The notes under the pieces were generated by a model. The model saw only the letters and a program-made list of their open reading frames with translations. It did no database searches and had not been told where the DNA came from. This document shows positions 1-11,163 of a stretch of DNA of 64,000 bases, one piece after another; position 1 is the stretch's first letter, and each line of letters begins with the position of its first letter. This DNA is from Thalia democratica. Its lineage: Eukaryota. Made by a program: the position numbers and the translations under genes. The stretch covers positions 54,374,001 to 54,438,000 of the forward strand of contig OZ241827.1 in assembly GCA_965202585.1 (NCBI GenBank), read 5' to 3'.

Positions 1-943
1 ACAAAATTTGAATTAACTTTGGTAAAAAATTCTAATACAACAGTAGGGAATTGAAAAATTTTAAAGGTGTTTTTCTCTGAATTAAAAAATTAATCACTAA
101 AAATCTATCTTCTCCTTCATTTTTAAAGCAATTTAATTTAAATTTTCAGAAAATGTAGTTTTTAATATTACACAGATTTATGAAAAAAATTCATGAAGAA
201 AATTTATGACCAAAACTTATAAAAAATAAATTTTTTTGTTCATTTTTTATAAAAATATTTTTTACATAAGTTAAAAAATCTGTTTCTTAAAAGTTGTTTA
301 AAATTTATTAAAGATTACTCTAAAAAACGTTTTAAAACAATTGCTAAAAAATTGAAGAAGGAGATAAATTATTGGTAAAATAGTATATTTTGCCATTTTA
401 ATTGCACCTCCCATTAGCTTATCTAGTTATGAGAAAAAAATATTTCATCCCCCTATGCCTAATAACCATGCCTGTTAATATTGACAATGAAAGTCTACAA
501 TGAGCACAACACCATTCGATCTCTTAATGGTTTAACTTTTTCATTTGAAGTTTACTACTTTTTCATATTCTTAAAATAAAAAATTATCTCAATATTAAAA
601 AACAAATTTTAACAACATTTTTCATAAAGAAGTAAATATGCTAGAGAATAATTGTAACACTTACAATAAGGCTAATAGAGTGGTGTGAAAAAACATTTTG
701 ATCATATCCACCACAAAAGATCATATAAGTATTTAATTTATCATAAAATAATAATTGGCTATTTAAACAAATTAGTAATGACAAAAGCAAACTATAAAAT
801 GATGTTTCTTGAGATTAAAATTATCTGAGCTAATTTTTTAAGACTCTACATTATGACTAATAATACAAACAATTCTTTATATAAACTTGCAGGCATGTAC
901 TTTTATATGGTGGAAAAACATCAAACTTCTCTTTCCCCAACAA

Positions 944-1420
944 CAGGGGTTGGCAAACTGCCCATGGGCTGTATTCAAAATTTTGAGTAGACTAATTTAA
1001 TATAAATTTGTTTTCAAAAATAAAAACAAAACTTGGTGATTACCTAGGTAATTGCAAGCTTATTTATCATAAACTAAAAAACTTAAATATTTAATCACTT
1101 TTATTTTACAGTATTGTACTCAAAATAAAATGTTTATATAATAGATTTATATTGTAAAATTAAAGTGATTAAATATTCAAAATTATAAGCTTAAAATATG
1201 TAATTAAATTTATTTATGTATTTACAAAGCTTGTTTGAAGCAAAGTAAATTTTATACTAAACTTGTTAGGTTTTATACATAGATTTTTAGCCTAAGATTA
1301 TGGTTAATAATAGACCAAGAATAAATTATAATTTCTGTTTGATGTTTGTGCAACATCATGGTAAATACCAATTTTTTTAAGCACATTAAAAAATTTCCTT
1401 TTTTTACATGCCAACCCCTG
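944..1420. mobile_element. Non-autonomous hAT-like MITE (477 bp)
   Basis: 12-bp TIRs CAGGGGTTGGCA (944) / TGCCAACCCCTG (ends 1420). Flanking 8-mers CCCAACAA / CTCTACAA match 6/8, consistent with a decayed 8-bp TSD typical of hAT. No ORF. Confidence 0.7.
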
Positions 1421-1584
1421 CTCTACAACAATAAATGTTTTTTTGAAAGAGTTTTTTAATGTTTATCCTTAATAAAACTATTTTGTTTTGGTTCTACTTT
1501 ATGTATAGTAGTGGAGGAAATTGAAGCTTGAAGAGAACCAACAGCAAGTTTAGCATAATAAACAATTGCTAGTTGTTGAACTTG

Positions 1585-1900
1585 TTTTTTTTTCATTGTA
1601 GATGCTTAATTGGCTTCAGTTGAAGCAACTTTTATGTACACTAATTCAAGTAAAATATTTTCAAGTAAGGTGAAAAATAACTAAATTGAATGTTTAACAA
1701 CTAAAGGTGAGTTAGTTTTGAAAAATTAAAAAATAAATTATCATTTTTGTAGCTTAAACTCCACAAAAAAAAAAGTTTTGCACAAAAAGCAGGCTGTAGA
1801 AGTTGTTTATTTTTTCTACATTGATGCTTAATTGGCTTCAGTTAATGCAACTTTTAATGTTCACTATTCCACGTATTGTCTTTTCAAAGAAGATGAAAAA
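1585..1900. repeat. Local diverged direct duplication (about 95 bp x2)
   Basis: GATGCTTAATTGGCTTCAGTT..GCAACTTT..ATGT.CACTA occurs at about 1600 and about 1823, with similar flanks. Confidence 0.7.
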
Positions 1901-2875
1901 CTTTAACTTAGCTCGATTAGCATTTTTTTGCAATTTTTAAAAAATGTCCACCAAAATTTAAATCCAACTATTTTCCTTATCTTTAAAACTAAATGAGATC
2001 TTTTTTTAGAGAACGCTCCTTTAACTTTTTTTTTTTTTAAATCCATTGGATTGGGGTTTGGTTTTTTGAGCGGGGAAAAATAAAATTCGATATTTTCACT
2101 ACAACCGATGTTTTAGCCAGAAAAAATATTTATTTTTTTAATATTCTTACATTGCTGTCTTTTCAGAAGTTTTTTTTTCAAATTTTATAATATTTTAATA
2201 ACATATACAAATATACCCAACTGTAAATTTTAAAAGACCCTCAATTTTCTAACGGTCACTGAAGCAAAAAAAAATAGTTTAACTTTTTTAATACACTTAA
2301 TTATGACTATTTTAAATGGTTTACTCTTTTGTTATATCTAAATTGTTTAATGTAAGATATGACATGACCCATGCACGTTTTACTAAAATTATTATTCAAA
2401 CATGAATCCCTCATATTTCTTGTATAAGTGATTTCATGTTCAAACACATCAAAAATATATTTGATCATTTAATATACAATTTTATGCTTAAATTCACATA
2501 TACGGTTTTCATTAACACTTCAGTTTAACATCACTTGACTTTGTTGTAGAACTAATTATAAGTTTGAACATGAAATCTAATTATAAGTTTGTTCTAAAGT
2601 TAAAAAACTATGGCCAAAGTTCAAGAAAGATTTTTGTTAAAATCTGACCGGTAACTTATTAAGGGCTACGAAATCCTGTTAAAAAGCTTCATCATTATTC
2701 TACGCAGTTAAAATAATTCTATTAACTATTTTTCATTGCAAAAAATAAATGTCTATGCAGCTTAAACGTGTAAACTATATTATTTTTTTAAAGTAGTAAT
2801 TAATTAAATTATTTATAATTGCTGTATTTATCATTTCGTATAGAATTTATGCTTGATATTCACTTCAAAGTTTTC

Positions 2876-2961
2876 TTAAATTCCAGGTTTTTCCAGGTTA
2901 TTTTTGCCTAAATTGTCTAATTCCAGGTTTTTCAAGGTTTCCAGGTAAAGTGGCAACCCTG
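2876..2961. mobile_element. Truncated right end of the CAGGGTTGCC-TIR MITE family
   Basis: TTCCAGGTTTTT subterminal repeats ending in GTGGCAACCCTG, nearly identical to 26640-26730. Confidence 0.75.
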
Positions 2962-3542
2962 TAAATGTTAAAATCTTCAATTTTTTTCAATTTCAAAACA
3001 TAACTACCTCAAAGTTTATTTAATTTTTAAAACAACTTTTATACAAAAGCTTAATATATTTTACATTTAAAATAATTTTTGGTTTACTATCATGAACATT
3101 TATAGATATGCGAAATATAATAGTGTACAATAAAACAACACATACTTTAAACCTTGGTAAAACTTGAAGAAAATATTTACATCATGACAAAAAATATAAA
3201 AACAATCTTATTAACTGTTGGTAATTAAACCTAAATCTATTTAAAATTTAAATTCAATATTCATTAAAATGATCAAAACTTTTTAACAAAACTATCATAA
3301 TTTAATTTATTGGTACATATTGTGGCTAGATTGGATAACTATTTAGAAACTATGAAAACTTAAAAAATCAAAACAATTTTATTGCCATAGTATAAAAACT
3401 AACAATTTAATTTGTTGAATAACTACATATTCAATAACTTTATTTGTTATTGGCGATAGCCTCACTAAAAATTATGCTGTACTAGAAGATAATTCTTTCA
3501 CAGTATAACTTGAAAAAAAATTCAAAAATATTTTTCTTATGC

Positions 3543-3936
3543 GGATAGCTGTCTAAATTGCACAAGCGTACAAAATTGTACGAATATACTTTTGCACGAG
3601 GAGATAAAATTGCACGAAGATAATTTTGCACGACCAGATAATTGCACGGGTTAAATTAAAAAAAATTTTTTTTTCTTACTATTCCTGTTACCCCTAACCC
3701 TTAGTCAGTAGCTTTTATTTTTTTTAAATTATTATAGTTTTTTTTCTGATAATTATTTTTTTTACTTTTGTGCAAAAATGTAACTCGTGCAAAATTGACC
3801 CTTGGTGCAAAATTGTCTCCGTGCATTTTTTTGCCCTCTACCAAATATAGCTTTGTGCAATTTTTTGCATTCATGCAATTTTGTTCTTTTAGTAACCTCG
3901 TGCAATTTTGTCTTAATGTAATTTAGACCCGTTACC
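3543..3936. mobile_element. Non-autonomous MULE/Mutator-like element (394 bp)
   Basis: Perfect 9-bp TSD TTCTTATGC (3534-3542, 3937-3945). TIRs GGATAGCTGTCTAAATT / revcomp GGTAACGGGTCTAAATT. Left arm has repeated (A)ATTGCACG, right arm repeated CGTGCAA(A)TT, centre GTTACCCCTAACCCTT. Confidence 0.75.
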
Positions 3937-4185
3937 TTCTTATGCACCTACTAAGGACAATTATGTGTTTGATTTTTAAGAAGCGACTCAGAAGTAGAAC
4001 TTTCATCTTCAAACTGTAGTGCTCTCTATCGGAAAAAAACCTAAGTACATAAAAATTAAGTACTAATATTAATTAAATTAATATAAATTAACAATAAATA
4101 TCTTAATTAAATTTAATAGCCGGAATAAAAGACATACAGCTAAAAACTTAACAAATTGTGTTTAAAATTTTCAAACAGTTTTAAT

Positions 4186-4554
4186 TTATTTGAGCAAAAT
4201 TCTAAAAGCCGCGAAAACAAGTACACACTTTGCAAAATCTGAAAGACCGAACTCCAAGTTTGAGAAATCCCAGTTGATCTTAATCCCGTTTGTGTTCTTA
4301 CGAAGCTCCTTTTCAATTTGCTTTTGAGTCGTCTCAGCCGCCATCAAACACTTTTCAGCATTTTGAGTTGAAACTTTTGCCTTCTGTATTTCAACTTTCA
4401 TTGCTTCGAGCTGGTCAGTCAACATTTCTACCTCAGTTTTGACTCGTGACACTTCAACATTGGTTGGTGACAACACTTCCGAGGTCGGTGACACTACAAC
4501 TTGGCTGTTGTTTGTTTCAGAATTGTCTGGAGATACAGAAGTTTTACTAGACAT
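4186..4554 (-). CDS. Small coiled-coil protein with C-terminal hydrophobic tail (paralog of 28511-28876)
   Basis: 122-aa single-exon ORF. Heptad-like core EVSRVKTEVEMLTDQLEAMKVEIQKAK is shared with the 28.5-kb ORF. C-terminus FAKCVLVFAAFRILLK. GC is higher than in the flanks. Confidence 0.8.
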   Translation of the reverse strand: MSSKTSVSPDNSETNNSQVVVSPTSEVLSPTNVEVSRVKTEVEMLTDQLEAMKVEIQKAKVSTQNAEKCLMAAETTQKQIEKELRKNTNGIKINWDFSNLEFGLSDFAKCVLVFAAFRILLK

Positions 4555-5143
4555 TTTTGATCTATAAAGTAAAAAATTATGTTTTTAACAAAATATTATG
4601 TAGTTAATGAGAATATTATTTTAAATGCAAAAGTAAGTTATACAAAAATATTTAAACAGTTTACAATAAGACATAAAAACAAACTTTTAAAAAATTATAT
4701 ATAGGTTGTTATTTAAAGTAATTACACAAAAATAAAGCGTAGAAGCTAATAGAACCAAAAAAATTTAATAATAAGTTAAGTAATAATAAATGATATACTA
4801 AGGTATGATAATCAGAATACTTGATATTTTGAAAAACTTTGGACGAAGGTTAAAATTCAAAACTTAATAGAAACATATCAAATCACTTATCACAAATCAC
4901 ACTCAAAGTAAATACCGAGAACTATCAAAACAATAACATAAGGGGTTAATAAAAACACGTTTATAATTAAAATCAAGGATTAGCATGATATTTAAAAAAA
5001 TTCAAGTTTTGCTGGAACAAGCCTAAATTTTTCAAAACATTTTTAGCTGGCTTAAGTTATTGTGAATATGTTGAAAATTTGTAAATACAATTATTGTATA
5101 GTCCTGCTGTAAATAAATAAAAAGAACATACAATTGTAAAAAG

Positions 5144-5162
5144 ATATATATATATATATATA
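5144..5162. repeat. (TA)n microsatellite
   Basis: Run of TA dinucleotides. Confidence 0.9.
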
Positions 5163-6009
5163 CATATTAGCTGTATTAGATAAAATACTTTTAAATGAAT
5201 CTTATAAAGTTTCATTTTTGAACCTATTTTTACTTGGTTGATACAAACTGTTTAAACTGTTTCAGTAGCTAAATGTAATCAACAACATTTACATTTTGTT
5301 AACTTGGCAAATATTTTAACAATTTTAAGTCAACACTGGATTTAACATAATAGTACCACAGAGGAAAAGGCTACTCTGCTGCTAGATCAACTTAAACAGT
5401 ATAATGATTATGTCTAGAAGAACTTTATTTCTAAATTAGTCAGATTCCAAATATCAGGAGAGTATTTAGACTGGTTTTCTGGAGCCAGTGCTAACCCCCA
5501 AAAGTAAAAAAAATAGATTACTTATAGATAACTCTGTTTAAACAGAAACTTGACATGTGTTTATTGAATTGCTTGTGCTTTCTTACTTAAATTTTTAATT
5601 TATAGTGCTGGCATAAATTATTCAATTATGATAATGTTTTCTTTTTTATTGATAAGCTAACACTTTACAACAAAAATGTCAAATAAACTACACTTATTTA
5701 GATGTAAAATATAAACTTATCTGAAAAAAAAAACTTCATTTGTTCTTATTTATAGCAATTGAAAAACTAGTTATAATAAACAAGGTTACTACTCTTTGAG
5801 TGAAAAAAACTATCCTAATAAATATGTCATGAGTGACCTTTAGCTGTTTTGAGTCGCCCTAAAGTTTTAAAATCCTTTAAAAAATTAAATGAACTTTAAA
5901 AAAATCAAGCTTAGAACGAAATTGGTTATAAAAATATTGTTACTAGAACAAAAAAAATAATTTTAGATCTATAAAATATTGGACTGAGAAAATCAAAAAA
6001 TCTTAAAAC

Positions 6010-6125
6010 TACCCTGAGATTAAAAATAATTCAAACTGCCCTGAGCCATCCTGAGAATTAAAAAAATTTCAAACTGGCCCACGTTATTCTGAGCATTCTT
6101 GATACCCGACTGTGTGGCAACCCTG
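6010..6125. mobile_element. Partial MITE end with CCTGAG subterminal repeats and TGGCAACCCTG terminus
   Basis: Same terminal 11-mer as the 26.3/27.7-kb MITEs but different internal repeats. No left TIR found. Confidence 0.45.
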
Positions 6126-6436
6126 AATAAATCAGATTATCACAGTTATTTTATCATGATAATTTAAAATTTATATTTCATTAGTTTCTTATAAATTTTT
6201 AATTTTTGTTCTTGGCAGTAAACTTATTACTCTTTATGTTATTTAAACTAATTGATAAAGACATAAGTACATTGACATTTCAACTTTTGTTATCTAAGTT
6301 AGTTTAGTTTAATTTTAACAAAGTAATGCTTTTATCTATTGATACCTAAAAATAAAGAAAAGTTTAAATTCAAATTTAAATAATATAGTAATTTAGAATG
6401 TTTTATTTAACTTTTATCTTTATTAGTTCTTATATT

Positions 6437-6624
6437 GGGAGAAGTTCAAAATCCACCCGCGATCAAATCCACCCAGTCAAATTCGAGAACCGCTTACAGA
6501 TTGAGGGTAAAGGTTAGGGGTAACACTGATAGTGAAAGAGAAAAAAATAAAATTTAATGCAAAAAATATATGAAACAAATTAAAAAATAAAGAAAAAAAA
6601 TCGGTCGGATTTTGATAATATACC
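6437..6624. mobile_element. Short MULE-like MITE related in architecture to 3543-3936
   Basis: Imperfect 18-bp TIRs (GGGAGAAGTTCAAAATCC / revcomp GGTATATTATCAAAATCC). Core AAGGTTAGGGGTAAC is the reverse complement of the 3.7-kb element core. TSD not recognisable. Confidence 0.5.
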
Positions 6625-7069
6625 ATTATTTCAAAGGGTACCTAACATAGTAATCTAGCTACTATATAGTATTTTTAGCTGTTTAAAATTTTTTAATATT
6701 ACTTTATAAGAACAGAACGATGCTAATTAAATTAATATGAACCTTTGATTATTTCAATTTAATAACACTATAATAAACAAGTACTGTAAAATAACAGTAG
6801 ACATTTATTTCTATTTTTTTATAAATAATTTCGAGTAACTATATATAGTACTCTATAAGTCTTTAGCTTTAAAAAATGTACCTCGTTTTAAAATATTGGA
6901 TTTACTGCTGCAATAAGTACTTAAATTATAAAAAAAACACATTTAAAAAACTCTATAGTTTAAGTGTTCTTAAAAATGAGACATAGTTGTTTTGTTAGAT
7001 TGATTAAATGATAGCTTGAAATTAACAAAAAAATACCTAAAAAAATTAAATTTTCTTGTAGCTCTCAAA

Positions 7070-7283
7070 TTTTGATAATAATTATCAAACCTAATATATT
7101 AATTTAATTTTTTTAGTCAAATAGCAAATTTATCATTAAATTACTTTTTGTTAAATTGTTATCAATTTTTTGGTGATAAATTTGCTATTTGACTGAAAAA
7201 ATTAAATTAATATATTAGGTTTGATAATTATTATTAAAAAAATTGATAACAATTTAACAAAAAGTAATTTAATGATAAATTTA
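7070..7283. repeat. Nested inverted duplication (X-Y-X'-Y')
   Basis: About 7070-7135 is inverted at about 7174-7238 (nearly perfect, about 65 bp), and the spacer about 7127-7172 is inverted at about 7237-7283. Confidence 0.85.
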
Positions 7284-7899
7284 TTTTGTCACTTGAAATC
7301 AATAACAACTTACAACTTTTTTTTTATTTATGTAAAAAGATTTAATTATAGAAATAAAAACAAAAATACAACTTTAAATAAATTACTTAAAACTCAAGAA
7401 ATCACTCTATAACTAAATATAGAGGCTGAAATAAATATAAATTATGAAGATGAGTTTTTGTTAATGCAATGAGGCTAAAATTAGTACATCAGTAAACTTT
7501 ATTAAAGGGTCAAACAATAAGTTTTTTAAAATATTTCAGGTTTAACTAATGAAACTAGCAAAGGTGAAAACGATTTTAATAAAAACGTTATGTATATTTT
7601 TTAATTTAACATAGATATTTCTCAAAAAAAAAAACTAAGAGTCAATTTTACTTTGTATTACTTTATAATGTATGGTGCTTTAAGAATAAATTTTTATAAA
7701 GCCAACTTTTGTTAAAAGTCCCTTAGAAACAGTATAAAATCTTTGTTCAAACATTCAAAAAAAAGTAAAGCAAGGAAATATTTTGAAATTTCTGTTATCA
7801 AAACTTTAAAGAAATGACTTATTTTTTATTGAAAAATACTTGTTGTTGCTTTTTAGTTTTAGTACCTCAAAGCAAGCTTGCTATTTCAATTCAACTAAC

Positions 7900-8490
7900 T
7901 ACAAAATTTACGGGAGCATGAAATTTAAACTTTATAAAACATACGTATATTTTCAGAAACTAAAACTCTTTACTTTTAAAACTCTGTCACAACTTTTTAA
8001 GTAATTGATATAGAATTTGTATCTTAAATTCAACCTAAGTTTTAATTCCAAAGTTAATTTTTGAGTTCTTCATAAGTACCATTTTAAACCGTTAAATTGA
8101 TTTTTTTTGTATATTTTTTGTACAAAAAAAATGTTTCTAAAATTATGGTTTATAATTAAATAGTAAAATTGGATTTAAGAAAACAGTAAACAATAAATAG
8201 TTTATATAGTGTTTTTTTATAATCTTGTTATTTTTTTAAAATCTTTAACTATTATACCGTAGTTTACGTAGCATATTAAGAACAGAATATAAATACCTTT
8301 TTTTTTTTTTGAAAATAATGAAACTATAACAAAGAAATTTTAACAGTATTTTTTAAATTTTTTTGATCGAAAAAAAAAAACGCTCAAAGTATTTTGTTTT
8401 AGGACTTGGTGAACGAAGAAGTTTTTAGTTAACGAGTCGCACACCACAGATACCTTTGAACTTATTTTCCAGGACAAGGCTAGTAAAGTA
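7900..8490 (-). repeat. Fifth copy (E) of the long decayed repeat R
   Basis: 8370-8480 (TCGCACACCACAGATACCTTTGAACTTATTTTCCAGGACAAG) is clearly homologous to 18678-18716 and to the reverse complement of 15457-15560. The leftward extent is less certain. Confidence 0.55.
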
Positions 8491-10311
8491 ATTATATATA
8501 AACCTATCTTATTAGTAGAATTTATGTTTAAAAATATAATAAACTTAATTAACTGAAAATTATTTTAATTGTCAAAAGTATTTAATAAAAATAAAAAACA
8601 TGTTTTTTACACAAAACATTTAAATCATTCAAATAAAAACTTAAAGATGATATTAATTTTAATTTTTTTAAGAAAAAATGGAAAACATTAAATATAAATT
8701 ATTATAATTTGTAGTACTAGTTTTTTCAAAACAGGTCACAGCTATACCTACCTACAGTATATATCGGCTGTTTTTATGTTGTTTTAATTGTTTAGTGGGC
8801 AATAAATAGAATAAGCAGTAGTCTTAAAGCTGATTATAAAATTTGCACACTATACTGCGAAACAGTTAGTTATGAGCACCGCAGGTTTATATAATCCGTT
8901 TTTACTGAAAAGTTGTTACTGATTAAGTATATTTATTTTATTGAAGTTAACTGTAATTTTATTGAATTATAAAAAAATTGATAATGATATATGAGGTTAA
9001 AGAATATAGTATTTAACAAAAACATTTATAATTTGTACTTACAGAACCAAAAGCTTATGAAATTTAATACAACTATATTTAATCCTTTACAAATTTTATA
9101 TTCCTTGACCACTATATATTCACAAAATTAATTTAATAAACGGATGATCAACATAGTTTATTAATCATAAACGTTTATTTAAAAAAATTAAAAATAGTTT
9201 TTATAAAAAATGTATAACATAACTTAGAGTTAGTCACAAAGTTGTGGTAGAGTGTTTTTATCATTTAAAACTTGTACAAGTTGTACTTTCTCAACTTTAC
9301 TTATAGTTTTTGCGATTAACTATTTTTTTTGCTGATGTAAAACTTGTAATTAAATTAACACAATAATAATCTATGTTTAGTTGCAACAGTTTTATAATCT
9401 TTAATTGATATGAGTACAAAAATAATTTATTTTACACAATTGTATCTCAAATAAAAAAAAACTATTCATAAATAATATATATGATTGTCATAATTTTTTT
9501 TCAATTACTACATTAGTTGAAATATTCTAAACACAAAATTATTTTAAAACAGGCTAAAACTTATTAAATATAAGCATTTGTAAATACTAATTCGAACAAT
9601 TCTTAACTTAATGTGCAGTGCAGTCTATGTAAAGTATTAGCTTACATTGCTACATGTAGTATAAAAGTTTTACATAACTTGTTATAAAAAAATCAGTTAC
9701 AATTTAAATCAAGTAGCTTAAAGAGTCTGATAATTATAATTTCTGATTTTTTTACCTGTTAGTACTAAGATATTAATATACATTTTATAATATTATATAT
9801 TTATTCTAAAATATTTTCAGACAAACTTATTTTTGTGAGCATATGTTTTGAAATTTACTATTTAATACTAGCTGTAGGTTAACGAAGCTTGAACTTATAG
9901 AATCAATTTACTGCAGCATTAAAACATAATTCAAATGATAAGAATGCTTAAATTTTAGGTCTAAAAAGTACTTTTGTTATTTAAAGCAATTTAAATTCAG
10001 AGAATTAAACCTCTTATTTTTAGTAAATAACTTAAAAAAATATCCAATCAAGTTAAATTGGCTATAAGTAGAAATACTTCAGTTACTTAGAATGAAAAAT
10101 AATTTTGTGAAATACGTTTTTAAATACGACTCTTAAATGTAAGCAACTGGTTAGCAGCTTTCTTACTATTAGCTTATCTCAGTTTTGTAACGAATTGAAA
10201 AAAAAAACTATAATCTATTTGTTTTTCAGGTTTAGCAGATTGTATTTCAGTGTTGTTACTAAAGTCTAATTAAAGAATCAAACCTTTCCAACTATCAAAA
10301 AGAAGAAAGTT

Positions 10312-11163
10312 ATGAAACTTCGTTGCTTTGTGCGTTCGGTTTTCATCTACAGAATTAATCAGAAATTCGAAAGCTACGAATGGTTTAAGCATTCCATCAG
10401 ATTCGATCACACTGACAACTTGGTATGCATCTTGACCATGATATCACCTCCTGCTACTTGCACTGGAATAATCAGCAACCTGCTTACTATAGTCAATGGT
10501 AGTGGAGATCCGACATTCACCCTGGAGTTTCTGTTTGACAGATCTGAAATTACCACTTTAAGGGGGCCTTTCGACAAAAGAATAAACACAATCCGAAACA
10601 CTGTAGGTTTGAAATCCTTAGACGTTGTCCCTTACTACTTAAACGGTTCAACTGACAGGGTTGTTCAGGTCTCTGGCACTAACGACGCTATAGTTAGGAG
10701 TGTGTCTCAGATCATGAAGATATTGTCAGAAGAGCAAATCATCTGGCACTCAACTGATCCTTTCAATCCTCAAAAGCACGGACCTTACATCGGTTGCTTG
10801 GTGGATCAGAAGCTGAACAGTTTTGAAAGCCAGGAGAAGGAAATGATTGCGAAAATGGTTGGGGAAGAAATTGTTGCAATACAGACTGTGCAGTGCGGGC
10901 CTAGATGTCCTCCGGTTAAGCTAGCCATTCCTTTGATCGAAAATCCCGTGGAAACCCAACCGGATAACCTTCCTATGAGAGGTAGCATTCAGGTGGATGC
11001 TCCTGTGATTAAACATCCTCTCAGTCCTAAGGTGGCCAATCAGCAAGGCTCATCGATAAGCAACGACCGTTCTCAAGTGCTTGCTCCTCAAACCGACATA
11101 TTGAACGCTGCAAATAGAAATGTTGATGCGCTAGGTGGTGGTGATGGAATACCAAGAGCATAG
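10312..11163 (+). CDS. Divergent intronless KH-domain protein, hnRNP K/PCBP-like
   Basis: 283-aa ORF. TLEFLFDRSEITTLRGPFDKRINTIRNTVG...STDRVVQVSGTNDAIVRSVSQIMKILSEEQI...PFNP resembles hnRNP K KH2 (…STDRVVLIGG…ISESPIKGRAQPYDP). The GxxG loop is changed to GPFD and no KH3 is seen. Confidence 0.7.
   Translation: MKLRCFVRSVFIYRINQKFESYEWFKHSIRFDHTDNLVCILTMISPPATCTGIISNLLTIVNGSGDPTFTLEFLFDRSEITTLRGPFDKRINTIRNTVGLKSLDVVPYYLNGSTDRVVQVSGTNDAIVRSVSQIMKILSEEQIIWHSTDPFNPQKHGPYIGCLVDQKLNSFESQEKEMIAKMVGEEIVAIQTVQCGPRCPPVKLAIPLIENPVETQPDNLPMRGSIQVDAPVIKHPLSPKVANQQGSSISNDRSQVLAPQTDILNAANRNVDALGGGDGIPRA

Noticed and set aside
3762-3947. 61-aa ORF MHKKVTGL…
   Set aside because: It lies within the MULE-like MITE arm, and its repetitive KLHE pattern just reflects the DNA repeats.
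7221-7412. 63-aa K/N/I-rich ORF
   Set aside because: Chance ORF in AT-rich DNA overlapping the inverted duplication.
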